From Octopus sinensis (lineage: Eukaryota): 64,000 nt of DNA. Where the stretch lies: positions 79,608,001 through 79,672,000 of the forward strand of contig NC_043008.1 in assembly GCF_006345805.1 (NCBI RefSeq), given 5' to 3'. Positions within the stretch are counted from its first letter, which is position 1, and every line of letters begins with the position of its first letter. Position numbers and translations under genes: made by a program. Under the pieces are notes generated by a model that ran no database searches, had not been told where the DNA came from, and saw only the letters and a program-made list of their open reading frames with translations. This document shows positions 27,201 through 39,187 of the stretch, piece by piece.

Positions 27201-28051
27201 TGGGTGGCGAGTCGTGGTAATGCGCACCCAACCGGACACGGCGCACAAAGCTGTGGACATCAACTCGCGTCTGGAATTCCTTACAGAATGGAGTGAGGGG
27301 GATGAAACGCAGACCCCTACCAAGGACGGAGCGTTCAGCCGCAGAGAGGGGAAGATCGGGGGGAATGGTAACAACAGACGGAAGTGGAGAGGGGGTGGGT
27401 GGAATAGAAGTAGGAGGGGTGGTAGGTCTCGTGGAGGTCTGAGGGGGAGGGTTGGGGAGGTGTGTGGGGGGGGGGGGGGCAGTAGGGTTAGGTGTAGGTG
27501 GATGGAGCCTAACGGGAGGGGAAAAGGGGTTGTAGGGAGGGGCAGTGGGGTTAGGTGTGGGTGGATGGAGCCTATCGGGAGGGAGAAGGGTGGTGGAGGA
27601 GTTGGGGTATTGGCGTCGGGTAGGGTGGAATGGAAGAGTGATTGGAGTTTACGAAGTTTGGTATCAGAAAGAAATTGATGGAAGAGTTGATTCAAATGAT
27701 AATGAAGCGTAGCGTGTTTGGAGCATAGAGAGGCGGCAGAGAGGAGAAGAAGGTGGAGAAAGCAGGAGGAAGAAGGCGGTTGATGGCATGTAGTTTGGAG
27801 AGATTGGAGGGAATGGTGGCCCGCATAAGGCGGTAAGATGTGGTGCGGAGTATGGGTAAGATGGAAGAATCCGAGTGGAGAGCAGGGTGGAAGGGAGGCG
27901 GAAACCTTTAAGGATGAGTCGGTGATGTAGGCAGCGGCTTAGGAAAGAGACATGGCTAGAGAAGCGGGTTTTTTTAAAAAGAAGTAGAGAGAGATTAACG
28001 GACGGCTGAAGGCAATATACAGGAAGCGAACGGAGATGATCCTTCAAACGG

Positions 28052-28053
<2 letters not shown>
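24258..28053 (-). mobile_element. Near full-length Penelope-like retroelement (RT, Cys linker and GIY-YIG; Neptune-like), frameshifted, flanked by TA tracts
   Basis: N-terminal HVSFLSRCLHHRLILKGF; IIIKPADKGGAVVV; YFLPKIHKPNNPGRPIVS; YIDDII; FLDI; SSSHPEHTKLSIPYSQFLRLRRLCS; PCSRPRCRTCP linker; YIGQTGRRLADRFAEH. The 3' pLTR carries a hammerhead-like motif at 24356-24393. Confidence 0.92.
24356..24393 (-). ncRNA. Minimal hammerhead-ribozyme-like motif (variant core CUGUUGA) in the Penelope 3' pLTR
   Basis: TCTTT CTGTTGA A GAGC GTAG GCTC GAAAC GTT AAAGA; stems I and II pair and the stem III region is the palindrome AACGTT. Confidence 0.55.
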
Positions 28054-28107
<54 letters not shown>

Positions 28108-28193
28108 TATATATATATATATTATAATGATATATGTTACATTACTCGATAGTCAAGATAAACCTGAGTTTTATATATATGTATGTATATATG

Positions 28194-28242
<49 letters not shown>

Positions 28243-28329
28243 CATACATATATACATATATACATACATATAATATATATATATATAATATATATTATAT
28301 ATATATATATATACATATATATATACAAT

Positions 28330-28373
<44 letters not shown>

Positions 28374-28378
28374 TATAT

Positions 28379-28458
<80 letters not shown>

Positions 28459-28952
28459 AGATGTACTCACATAGCAAGTGATTTGATCTGAAATCGTGTG
28501 CTGGAACGGAAACAATTGCAGCATGATGCAGCACGGATTTTTGTCAGTGAACAGGTCATGGATTTTAGGGACAAAAATATTTTGACAAATTAAACTTAAA
28601 TGTTGAAGTGAATCGAACGGCTTTTGTGTGTTTCTTAAATGGCTTACAAACACCTTCCATGCTGCAATTATATATATATATACATGGTGGCTACCCCCTC
28701 GTTATCGAGTATGACCATTGCACAAAGCTTAATCAATGTTGTTATCGTGCAATGCCTGTGCAAGAAGATTTTTTTTAAAGTGAGGAAAGGCTGTGCACTG
28801 AGTCAATCCCACTCACTAAGCAACAGCAATTATTTCTATGTCCCCGCGCATGATTCAGCCTGAAGACATTTATTGGATGGCTGTTGACTCTCAAGAGTTC
28901 CTCCACCCTTATACATACATATATAAACATATATATATATATATATATATAT

Positions 28953-29037
<85 letters not shown>

Positions 29038-29073
29038 GTACCACACACACATACATATATATATACATACATA

Positions 29074-30338
29074 CGAGGGGCGTTCAATAAGTAATGCTCC
29101 TGACCCACTTGCAGTTATTTGATCTAGCTGAAATTTTGCATGTACAATTATTCATATCTTTATAGATTAAGTGGCAAATTACAGCTCTGAACTAATTGTG
29201 GTTTCTGATTTACGGGTGTTTGAACTGAGTCAAGTGTGAAATGGAGCCTGTTGAGTATCGAGCAATGATCCGGTTTTTGTATTTAAAAGAACACACACCA
29301 CGGGAGACTTTTGATGAAATGAAAGTAACTTATGGTGATGATGCCCCATCATATGAACTTGTAAAACGCTGGCATCGTGAATTCAAACATGGTCGGAACT
29401 CTGTGGAAACAGCTCCCAGATCTGGTCGCCCCCTTCTGCCATTGATGAGGCATCTGTCCATCATGTTGAGGCTGCCATTTTGGAAGATCGACGCATAACT
29501 ATTCGCCAAATAGCCCATGAGGTCAAGATTAGTACTGGGTCTGTGGAAACTATCATTCATGACCATTTGCATATGCAAAAGGTGTCTGCCAGATGGATTC
29601 CCAGGTTGCTCACATCTTTCCAGAAGCAAGAACGTGTCGATTGCTCGAGAATGAATTTGGAGATGTGCCAAGAAGATGAGTCAAAATTTTTCAAAAGACT
29701 GATTACACAGGATGAAACCTGGGTCCATCACTATGATCCAGAGACCAAAGCCCAGTCAATGCAGTGGACACACCGTGACTCACCTCCTCCAAAGAAGGCA
29801 AGGGTGCAGCCCTCTGCTGGCAAGGTCATGCTCACAGTCTTCTGGGACCAGGACGGAGTACTGATGACAGATTTCCTGGCAAAGGGTGCCACAATTACAG
29901 GAGCCTATTATGCTTCACATTTGAGGAAATTAAGAGAAGCTATCAAAATCAAGAGCCGGGCAAGATCAGCAAAGGCATCCTCCTCTTGCAGGACAATGCT
30001 CCGGTTCACAACTCGCGTGTCGCCAGATCAGAAGCACAGGCGTGCGGCTATGAACACATCCCCCATCCCCCTACTCTCCTGACCTTGCACCCTCTAATTT
30101 TAACCTCTTCCCAGTCATGAAGTTGTTTTTGCAGCCTTGATTTCTGAAGTCACGTCGTGGTTGGAGGACCAAGCTGGGGTCTTCTACAAAAACGGTCTTC
30201 AGAGCTGCATCAAACGATGTGAGAAATGCGTAACTCTGGGTGCTTCCTATGTAGAAAAAGACTAATACTGTGCCAAGTTTCGTTGCTCCTACTGCTATGG
30301 GAAGTGGGTCAGGGGCATTACTTATTGAACGCCCCTCG
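29074..30338 (+). mobile_element. Full-length mariner element (1265 bp), frameshifted transposase
   Basis: TA-flanked TIRs CGAGGGGCGTTCAATAAGTAATG...CATTACTTATTGAACGCCCCTCG; WIPRLL, ITQDETWVHHYDPE, QDNA and a YSPDLAPS-like motif. Confidence 0.95.
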
Positions 30339-30347
30339 TATATAAGC

Positions 30348-30863
<516 letters not shown>

Positions 30864-30914
30864 TGTGTGTGTGTGTGCGTGCGTGTGTGTGCGTGTGTGT
30901 GTGTGTGTGTGTTT

Positions 30915-31447
30915 AATACAGTTTACTTAACAAATTTGGTCCTTCATCTGGTACAGCTTATTATAGAGATATTTTCAGCCATTCAATTTGGGGGAGAACT
31001 TAGTTATGAAATATTTTTCTATATTCCTCCTGAAGGAGGTGTCGTTCTTTAGATATTTGTAGAAGGGAAAGATCTTAAATTTTCCTTCTCCACATGTATC
31101 TAGGTGCTTACTCAGTGGCATCTTGCGCAGTTCTTCCTGTCGGACATGTTGTCAGTGAATCCTGGCTCGTTGGCACAAAGAATTTCCAGTTTCACCTATG
31201 TAATCCGCTTTGCACGTGGGGCAGGTTATGCAGTATATTACATTCTGCGTCTTGCAGTTCATATCTGCATTTACTTTAAATATGTGACCACTTTTAAATT
31301 TCATTTCTTTGTCTCCCTCTATATATCTGTAGGTGGCATTTGCCGCCTTTCCCCATTCCCGTGGTGGATTTCCGGCTTGCTGAGCATCATTGCCGCGACT
31401 TAGGGCCCGTGGTGGAATCAGAAGGCCTTGTGCCTGAGTGGCGGCGT
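30915..31447 (-). mobile_element. Penelope-like GIY-YIG endonuclease fragment
   Basis: [36 protein letters not shown]. Confidence 0.8.
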
Positions 31448-31687
31448 AACAATATATACATATATACATATATATATACATATATATATATACATACATG
31501 TATATATATACATATATATATATACACATATATATACATATATGTACAAATATATACATCATATATAATATATTACATATATACATATATGTACATATAT
31601 ATATATACATATATATACATATATGTACATATAATATACATATATATATATATACATATATATACATATATGTACATATATATATAC

Positions 31688-31720
<33 letters not shown>

Positions 31721-31729
31721 CATATATAT

Positions 31730-31835
<106 letters not shown>

Positions 31836-32029
31836 ATTATATGTTTAAGTAGTTGAATGAATTATCCTATTATGGATAATTCGGTTAACCGATACCCGGG
31901 TAGCAAATTTACGTCAGAAAGCACGGTTGAAGCTACATGCCAAGGGTAGAAATCACGTGCTTTTGTGTGGAAATTTGTGTTTTTTTATAGTTAAATGAAA
32001 GGATGGAGTCGAACGACGATTTAACAAAA

Positions 32030-32191
32030 TTCCTTTATTCTCAACATATGTTTCGAAGACTGCATATTCTTAATTCCGAAGGAATAAAGGGTAGCTGATT
32101 ATTATTATCATTATCATTATTTAACTATTTCACACTAATTTGTGTAATAAACTTTTACTTATGCCGTCTTCTCATCAGGAAAGACAAGGAA
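32030..32191 (-). ncRNA. Type I hammerhead ribozyme candidate (copy A) with long stem II loop
   Basis: TTCCTTGTCTTTC CTGATGA GAAGACGGCAT ... ATGCAGTCTTC GAAAC ATAT GTT GAGAATAAAGGAA. Confidence 0.65.
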
Positions 32192-32226
32192 CTTATGTCA
32201 GCATCATGACGAACAAAAACTTTTAG

Positions 32227-32326
32227 NNNNNNNNNNNNNNNNNNNNNNNNNNNNNNNNNNNNNNNNNNNNNNNNNNNNNNNNNNNNNNNNNNNNNNNNNN
32301 NNNNNNNNNNNNNNNNNNNNNNNNNN
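32227..32326. other. Assembly gap (100 N)
   Basis: Run of n characters. Confidence 1.
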
Positions 32327-32329
32327 GCA

Positions 32330-33600
32330 GCATGTCTTGCAAACAACTTGCACATGCAAGTGCTACCAGTCTAAAGTTCCGTATACCGGAAGCCAGCAAG
32401 TGTATGGGGTCATCAGGAGAGAATGCGTGCCGTTTCGGGGGCTACCACTCGACGGCATCAAGGCGCACCAGCGCCCCATCACTGATATGAGGCCCCGCTT
32501 GTTAGATCAGCTGGTTATCAAGTTAAGCTCAATATCCTTCTAGCCATCGCTCATTGTCTCTATTTAACCAAATCCAGTGGCTAGCCTTCTCCACTGTAGA
32601 TTGGATATCAGTCATGGTGGTATTGACTTTACAATGAGTTAGGCCTAGCGATAACAACAGTCATCTCACACTGTGTCCAACGAACCCTCTACATCCAACT
32701 TCGATTGGAAAATGTTCGGCTTTCCAGCCTGCATCTTCACATTCCTCAAGGAGGTTTGCATAATGGTTCAATTTTCGAGCCCGAGTGTCGTCCATATTAT
32801 CTTCGTGAGGAACCGTTAGCTCGACTATATTTACAACTTTCTTTCTTTCACACCATATCAAAATATCTGGTTTTTTCGTAACTGGGATGGGAAAGAAAAC
32901 CTGGCACCCAGGTATATCTGCAGTCAACTTCCAATAGCCGTTCCACTTTCCGTTTCTCTCAGGAAGTTTCTTGATCTTCTTCTTGAAACAGATCCGCTGA
33001 CCTGGTCGCACGAAGGTAACGAAATCTCTAGATGGTACTTTTAACTTTTTTTTCTCAGTGTTGTTGAGATGAATTTGGTTCTTTATAGCATTGAAGATAA
33101 CCTTAAGGACCAAGTTGTGCCTCTATGTATACCTGTTCAATGCTAATGAACAGTTGGAAAGAATATGTTTCAGTGTACCAACCTTTCCACATTTGCAGAT
33201 GTCATTCTCTGAGACGTTCCATCTTACTAGATTCGTAGGTGATGGCAAAACATCATAAGATGAACAAATCAAGAAACTCAGCCGAGATGTCGTCCACTTC
33301 CATATCTCATCCCAACTTATCTTCCTCTCAACAACATGTTCTTCCCATCTCGTCATCTGACCTTGATGAAAACATCGGATCAAATGAAGCTCTCTTCTCT
33401 CTGCTTCTCTTGTTTTGACGCTGTTTCTAACAACAGATCTGCGTTCACTCTGCATCATGCTTGCAAACAGTCTGAACTGATCTGCGCCAAAACCAAGTCC
33501 TTTCCGATGGTTCTGCGTTGCTCCCACCATATCTCTGTGTATAAGAGAAGACATGTACTGGGTTACATGTTACCAGTAGCACTCGAAAGTAACATGACAT
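32330..33600 (-). mobile_element. 3' part of a restriction-like-endonuclease non-LTR retrotransposon (HERO-like, R2 group)
   Basis: YDVLPSPTNLVRW, CCHC knuckle CKCGKVGTLKHILSNC, and PD..E..K endonuclease motifs KPDILIW...VELTVPHEDN...PIEVGCRGFV; in-frame stops. Confidence 0.85.
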
Positions 33601-33651
<51 letters not shown>

Positions 33652-34435
33652 AGATAGGGGTTGTAAATTCAACCCTCCATGGGATAACATATATCCAATA
33701 TACTGCTAGAGAAATACCCAACAAAGCTAATACATAAATGTTAAGAATTGTGATGCAATTAATTCATTTACTGTATAAGGTGGGCAAAGGTAAAATTATT
33801 TTTACCATAAATTAATAATACAAAATAAGAAAATGGAGAAATATATCTAAATCATTCATCAACTATCAGATAATACCGAATCCTATACTTTATTAAAACA
33901 CTCCACAAGAGCATTAAGATTAGAGTGACCAAGACCTTTGGCAATATGCTGTGCTTGAGAAGACTTGTCAAATTGTAGTCATGACCATTGTCAGTGTCAT
34001 GAGAATGGCACCCATGAATTCGTAATCATGGTCGTTGCCAGTAGCATGATCTTTGAATGTTAGGCCCTATGGAGGCGATGACAGATGATCAAATATATGA
34101 AAGAAGGTTTGAAAATGCAATTTTAAAAGATGTTTATTTGCTTGACCGGTTTCACTCTTTTAGAAACAGATTGTCAAAAGTAACATATAAAGGCTTTGTG
34201 TTAGATACTGGTTGTCACAAAATATTACAATACATATATATATTCTTTGATAATAATAAGAACATGTTAAAAACAGTTTACATGGAAAAATCTTGGGAAA
34301 ATATAAAAAAGTTCATTAAAATATTGGGCAAAAAAGTTGCAATACTTATAAGCATTCTTTGATAATAATAAGATGTTAAAAACAGTTTACAGAAAAATTT
34401 TTATTGAGAAATTATTAACAAGTTCATAAAACCTA

Positions 34436-35365
34436 CGAGGGGCATTCAATAAGTAATGCCCCTGACCCACTTCCCATAGCAGTAGAGCAACAACACTTGG
34501 CACAGTTATTAGTCTTTTCCTACATAGGAATTACTCAGAGTTATGCATTTCTCCCATCGTTTGATACAGCTCTTTGCCAGGAAATCTGTCATCACTACTC
34601 CGTCCTGGTCCCAGAAGACTGTGAGCATAACCTTGTCAGTGGAGGGCTGCACCCTTGCCTTCTTTGGAGGAGGTGAGTCACGGTGCTTTCACTGCATTGA
34701 CTGGGCTTTGGTCTATGGATCATAGTGATGGACCCAGGTTTTATCCTGTGTGATCAGTCTTTTGAAAAATTTTGACTCATCTTCTTGGCACATCTCCAAA
34801 TTCATCCTCGAGCACTCAACGCGTTCTTGCTTCTGGAAAGGTGTGAGCAACCTGGAAATCCATCTGGCAGACACCTTTTGCATATGCAAATGGTCATGAA
34901 TGATAGTTTCCACAGACCCGGTACTAATCTTGACCTTATGGGCTATTTGGCGAATAGTTATGCGTTGACCTTCCAAAATGGCAGCCTCAACTTGACGGAC
35001 AGACGTCTCATCAATGGCAGAAGGGGGCGACCAGATCTGGGATCTGTTTCCACAGAGTTCCGACTATGTTTGAATTCACAATGCCAGCGTTTTACAAGGT
35101 CATATGATGGGGCATCATCACCATAAGTTACTTTCATTTCATCAAAAGTCTCCCGTGGTGTGCGTCCTTTCAAATACAAAAACCAGATCACTGCTCGACA
35201 CTCAACAGGCTCCATTTTACACTTGACTCAGTTCAAACACCTGTAAATCAGAAACCACAATTAGTTCAGAGCTGTAATTCGCCACTTAATCTATAGAGGT
35301 ATAAATAAGTGCTAGATCAAACAACTGCAAGTGGGTCAGGGGCATTACTTATTGAACGCCCCTCG
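34436..35365 (-). mobile_element. Internally deleted copy (930 bp) of the 29074-30338 mariner, in inverted orientation
   Basis: Same TIRs with TA flanks; ORFs 34958..35215 and 34713..34976 match the first copy; deletion junction near 34570. Confidence 0.93.
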
Positions 35366-35796
35366 TATTAGGATTTCATTAAAAATCATGTTTGTTTGGA
35401 TGTATCAATATATATACACAGAAAATTATAAATTCAAAAAGCTCATATTTTGGTAGTATATATATATAGACAGAAAGAGATATATTTAGTTTACAAAGAC
35501 TATTTTCTACTTTCAAGGGACAGTTTGGGAGGTGTGTTTGGGTGTGGGAAGGAAGAGCAATGTGGAATTGAATAGAAGTCTTTGCTTCTCTTTCACAGTT
35601 CAGTGGATATGGGGATCTGTCTTTGGAGGTCAGAATGGTGTGAATGTGTGTGTCTGTTGTGTTATATTATACATATATATATATGTATATATATATGTAT
35701 ATATATATATGTATACGTATATATTATGTATATATATATGTGTATATATATATATATATATAATATATATATATATGTCTATATATATATATGTAT

Positions 35797-35860
<64 letters not shown>

Positions 35861-36004
35861 ATTATGTAATATATGTATGTATATATAATATATATATATA
35901 ATATATATATATATATAAATGTATATGTATATACATATAATATAATGTATGTATATATATGTATATATATATATGTATATATATATATGTATATACATAT
36001 GTAT

Positions 36005-36405
36005 ATTACTCTTTTACTTGTTTCAGTCATTTGACTGCGACCATGCTGGAGCACCGCCTTTAGTCGACCAAATCGACCCTGGGTCTTATTCTTTGTAAGC
36101 CCAGTACTTATTCTATCGGTCTCTTTTGCCGAACCGCTAAGTGACGGGGACATAAACACACCAGCATCGGTTGTCAAGCAATGCTAGGGGGACAAACACA
36201 GACACACAAACACACACATACATATATATATATACATATATACGACAGGCTTCTTTCAGTTTCCGTCTACCAAATCCACTCACAAGGCATTGGTCGGCCC
36301 GGGGCTATAGCAGAAGACACTTGCCCAAGATGCCACGCAGTGGGACTGAACCCGGAACCATGTTGTTGGTTAGCAAGCTACTTACCACACAGCCACTCCT
36401 GCGCC
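36005..36405 (-). mobile_element. tRNA-derived SINE (resembles octopus OR1/CORE-type)
   Basis: GGCGCAGGAGTGGCTGTGTGGTAAG (A box) ... GGGTTCAGTCCC (B box) ... CTTGGGCAAGTG core; a second copy lies at 54145-54410. Confidence 0.8.
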
Positions 36406-36594
36406 TATACATATATATATATATATATACATATGTATATACATATATATATATATACATATATATATTTAAGTAGTTGAATGAATTATCTTAGTATGGA
36501 TATAACGGAATATTTTAAAGAAACACTCATTATCGCTATGGCTCCGTGTGGGCAGTCATCTAAAAGTTTTTGTTCATCTTGATGCTGACGTAAG

Positions 36595-36693
36595 TTCCTT
36601 GTTTTTCCTGATGAGAAGGCGGCATAATGCACCCCTTATTCCTTCAAAATTAGGAATATGCAGCCTTTGAAACATATGTCAAGAATAAAGGAA
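36595..36693 (+). ncRNA. Type I hammerhead ribozyme candidate (copy B), GUC cleavage triplet
   Basis: TTCCTTGTTTTTC CTGATGA GAAGGCGGCATA ... TATGCAGCCTTT GAAAC ATAT GTC AAGAATAAAGGAA. Confidence 0.7.
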
Positions 36694-36783
36694 TTTTGTT
36701 AAATCGTCGTTCAACTCCATTCTTTCATTTATTTGTATATATACATATATATATACATACATATATATATATGTATATACATA

Positions 36784-37610
36784 TCTCTTATTATAAAAGG
36801 CAGATTTTATCTGCCTCCCTTTGTCAGTTATAGAAATCTACAATATAGGATTTCTTCAATTACAATTTACCTAGCATTTTTAAGAGTAGAATGCATCGGG
36901 TTTTGCCAGGTCCGGTTTTTAAAATTTCAACCCCAATTAAGCAAAATTTTGAGAAAACTCACATTCTGGTGTATATGTCAAATGCTTTTCTTAGTTTGGG
37001 TTACAGCACACGCAAACACACACACACAGTGTGCAACGAATAAACTGAAACTAATTCACTGTGTGTTGACAGGTAGACAATAGAATGCGAGAATAAAATG
37101 AAAGTAATTCACCTTTTGTAGTGAGTGACTCTTTCAGTCTGCCACTTCCTCTTTACACACATAGACACGCAAATATATAAATAAAATTGTAAGCTAACGT
37201 GCGTGTGTGTGAGTGTGTGTGTGTGTGTGTGCGTGCGTGTGCGTGAGTGTGTGACAGGAAAGTATTTTAGGACGAATATAAGACCTATATCGGCGATGTT
37301 TCGCTTGTCGTAGCACAGGTTTCCATCGATTTCCGTAAAAACCTTTTATTTTTTTACATAAGTAATGAGAGCGAAAGAGACTAAGAGAAAGCGATTGTAT
37401 GACGAGGGAAGTTCTTTTGAAGTTACCGTGCATTGGACGCATTGATGTACATGTGTGGTGTGTTTGATGGAGTGTGGGAGACAGACAGTATGTTGTGTAA
37501 GTGAAGTGCTTCTGTTAGTGTGTGTGAAGAGACAGAGAGAGTAATGTGTGAAAGAGAGAGATAACTGAAATTTTTTACTCGGTTTATGTGTATATGTATG
37601 TATGCATGTA

Positions 37611-37641
<31 letters not shown>

Positions 37642-39066
37642 GTGTGTGTGTGTATGTATGTATGGCCGATTCAGTGTTTACATTTTTTACGGAAATCGAC
37701 GGAAACGTGTGCTACGACAAGCGAAACATCGCCCCTATATCCAAGTAGCAGAAAGATCGCCCAAAAGTGTATATAGATATTTAAATGTATTTATATATTC
37801 ATCTATACACAGATGTATGTATAATGTGTGTGTATATATTTCCATACACATAACCATTCACTCCGCACAAAGTTTTTTAGGACGAAAATAAGATCTAAAG
37901 TTATCTCTAAGTAGCACAGAGATCGCCCAAAAGTGTATCTAGATATATAAATGTATTTATATATTCATCTATGCACACATGTATGTATAACGTGTGTGTA
38001 TATATTTCCATAGAGGTAACCATTCACTCCATACAAAGTTTTTTAGCACGAAAATAAGATCTAAAGTTATCTCTAAGAAACAGAAAGATCGCCCAAAAGT
38101 GTATATAGATATTTAAATGTATTTATATATTCATCTGTACACACATGTATGTATAATGTGCGTGTATATATTTCCATAGAGGTAACCATTCAATCCATAC
38201 AAAGTTTTTTAGGACGAAAATATTTATATATAAAAGAAGGTTGTGTGTCTGTCTACTCCAATTTAGATTCCTAACTACTCCCACATTTTGCGATGCAGTT
38301 TAACCAAAACCGGGTATCTTATAGTCGTGATTCATATCGAGCCCTTCTGGGTATTAGCGCGCGTCTACGATGAGTCTATGATTTTACAAATAATTTACCA
38401 TCATTTTTTTCCATTTTAATGCATATTTTTTTTAATAAACGGAAGTAACTCTCAAACTTCACACCAATATGCGTGCTCATATGTGACGTAATATCACATC
38501 AGCAGCATTTCCTCACACCCTCCTTGTACTTGGCGAAGGCAAAATACCAGGGGATGAAAATGGTAATATTGCCATCGATTCCATTTGTACCATTGTTAAG
38601 ACGCCTTCTGATCTCAGAGATGCAGTGTTCCCAGATCTACAAGCTAATTATCAGAATATGGATTGGATTGGCAAAAAGGCTATACTGGCCCCGAGGAATA
38701 AAACTGTTCACCATATTAATGATGAAATGCTGAAACTCATTCCTGGGGAAGTCTATGTATATCAGTCTATCGATACAAATCCTGACCCAGAGGACGTCAT
38801 CAATTATCCAATAGAGGTACTCAATTCCTTTGAGCACCCCGGACTACCACCACACTTTCTCAAACTTAAAGTTGGTGCCCCTATAATGCTCATCAGAAAT
38901 TTGGTTCCCCCAAAACAATGCAATGGCACACGTTTGATCGTTAAGTCCTTATCTCCCACCGTAAGCTTATATCAATATTTGCCTGAATAATCATCATAAT
39001 TCAGTGCAATCATTAACAGTACTTTCAAGCAATTCAGCCCCGAGCAACGCCGGGCAATTCTGCTAG
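36784..39066 (+). mobile_element. Non-autonomous Helitron with PIF1 helicase fragment
   Basis: A|TC start (tctcttattataaaag); ORF 38625..38990 has AILAPRN...PGLPPHFLKLKVGAPIMLIRNL...CNGTRL; 3' hairpin CCCGAGCAACGCCGGG then CTAG|T. Confidence 0.82.
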
Positions 39067-39187
39067 TACATATATATATGTATATGTATATATATGAGTA
39101 TATGTATATATATATATGTATATATATATATGTGTATATATATATGTATATATATATAGATATATATACATATTATATATATATATA

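Noticed and set aside
27123-27695. Pro-rich and Gly/Arg-rich ORFs as host genes
   Set aside because: They are the low-complexity linker of the Penelope-like ORF and its antisense reading.
32400-32450. GAAAC...CTGATGA on the minus strand of the HERO-like 3'UTR as a permuted hammerhead
   Set aside because: The would-be stem II arms are both C-rich and cannot pair, and no proper stem III with an NUH triplet is evident.
36330-36405. tRNA-like sequences here and at about 6080, 48435, 52280 and 54340
   Set aside because: They are SINE heads with attached bodies and no complete cloverleaf, so they are not called as tRNA genes.
37750-38220. Regularly spaced repeats resembling a CRISPR array
   Set aside because: Whole units repeat with no unique spacers, in a eukaryotic Helitron context with no cas genes.
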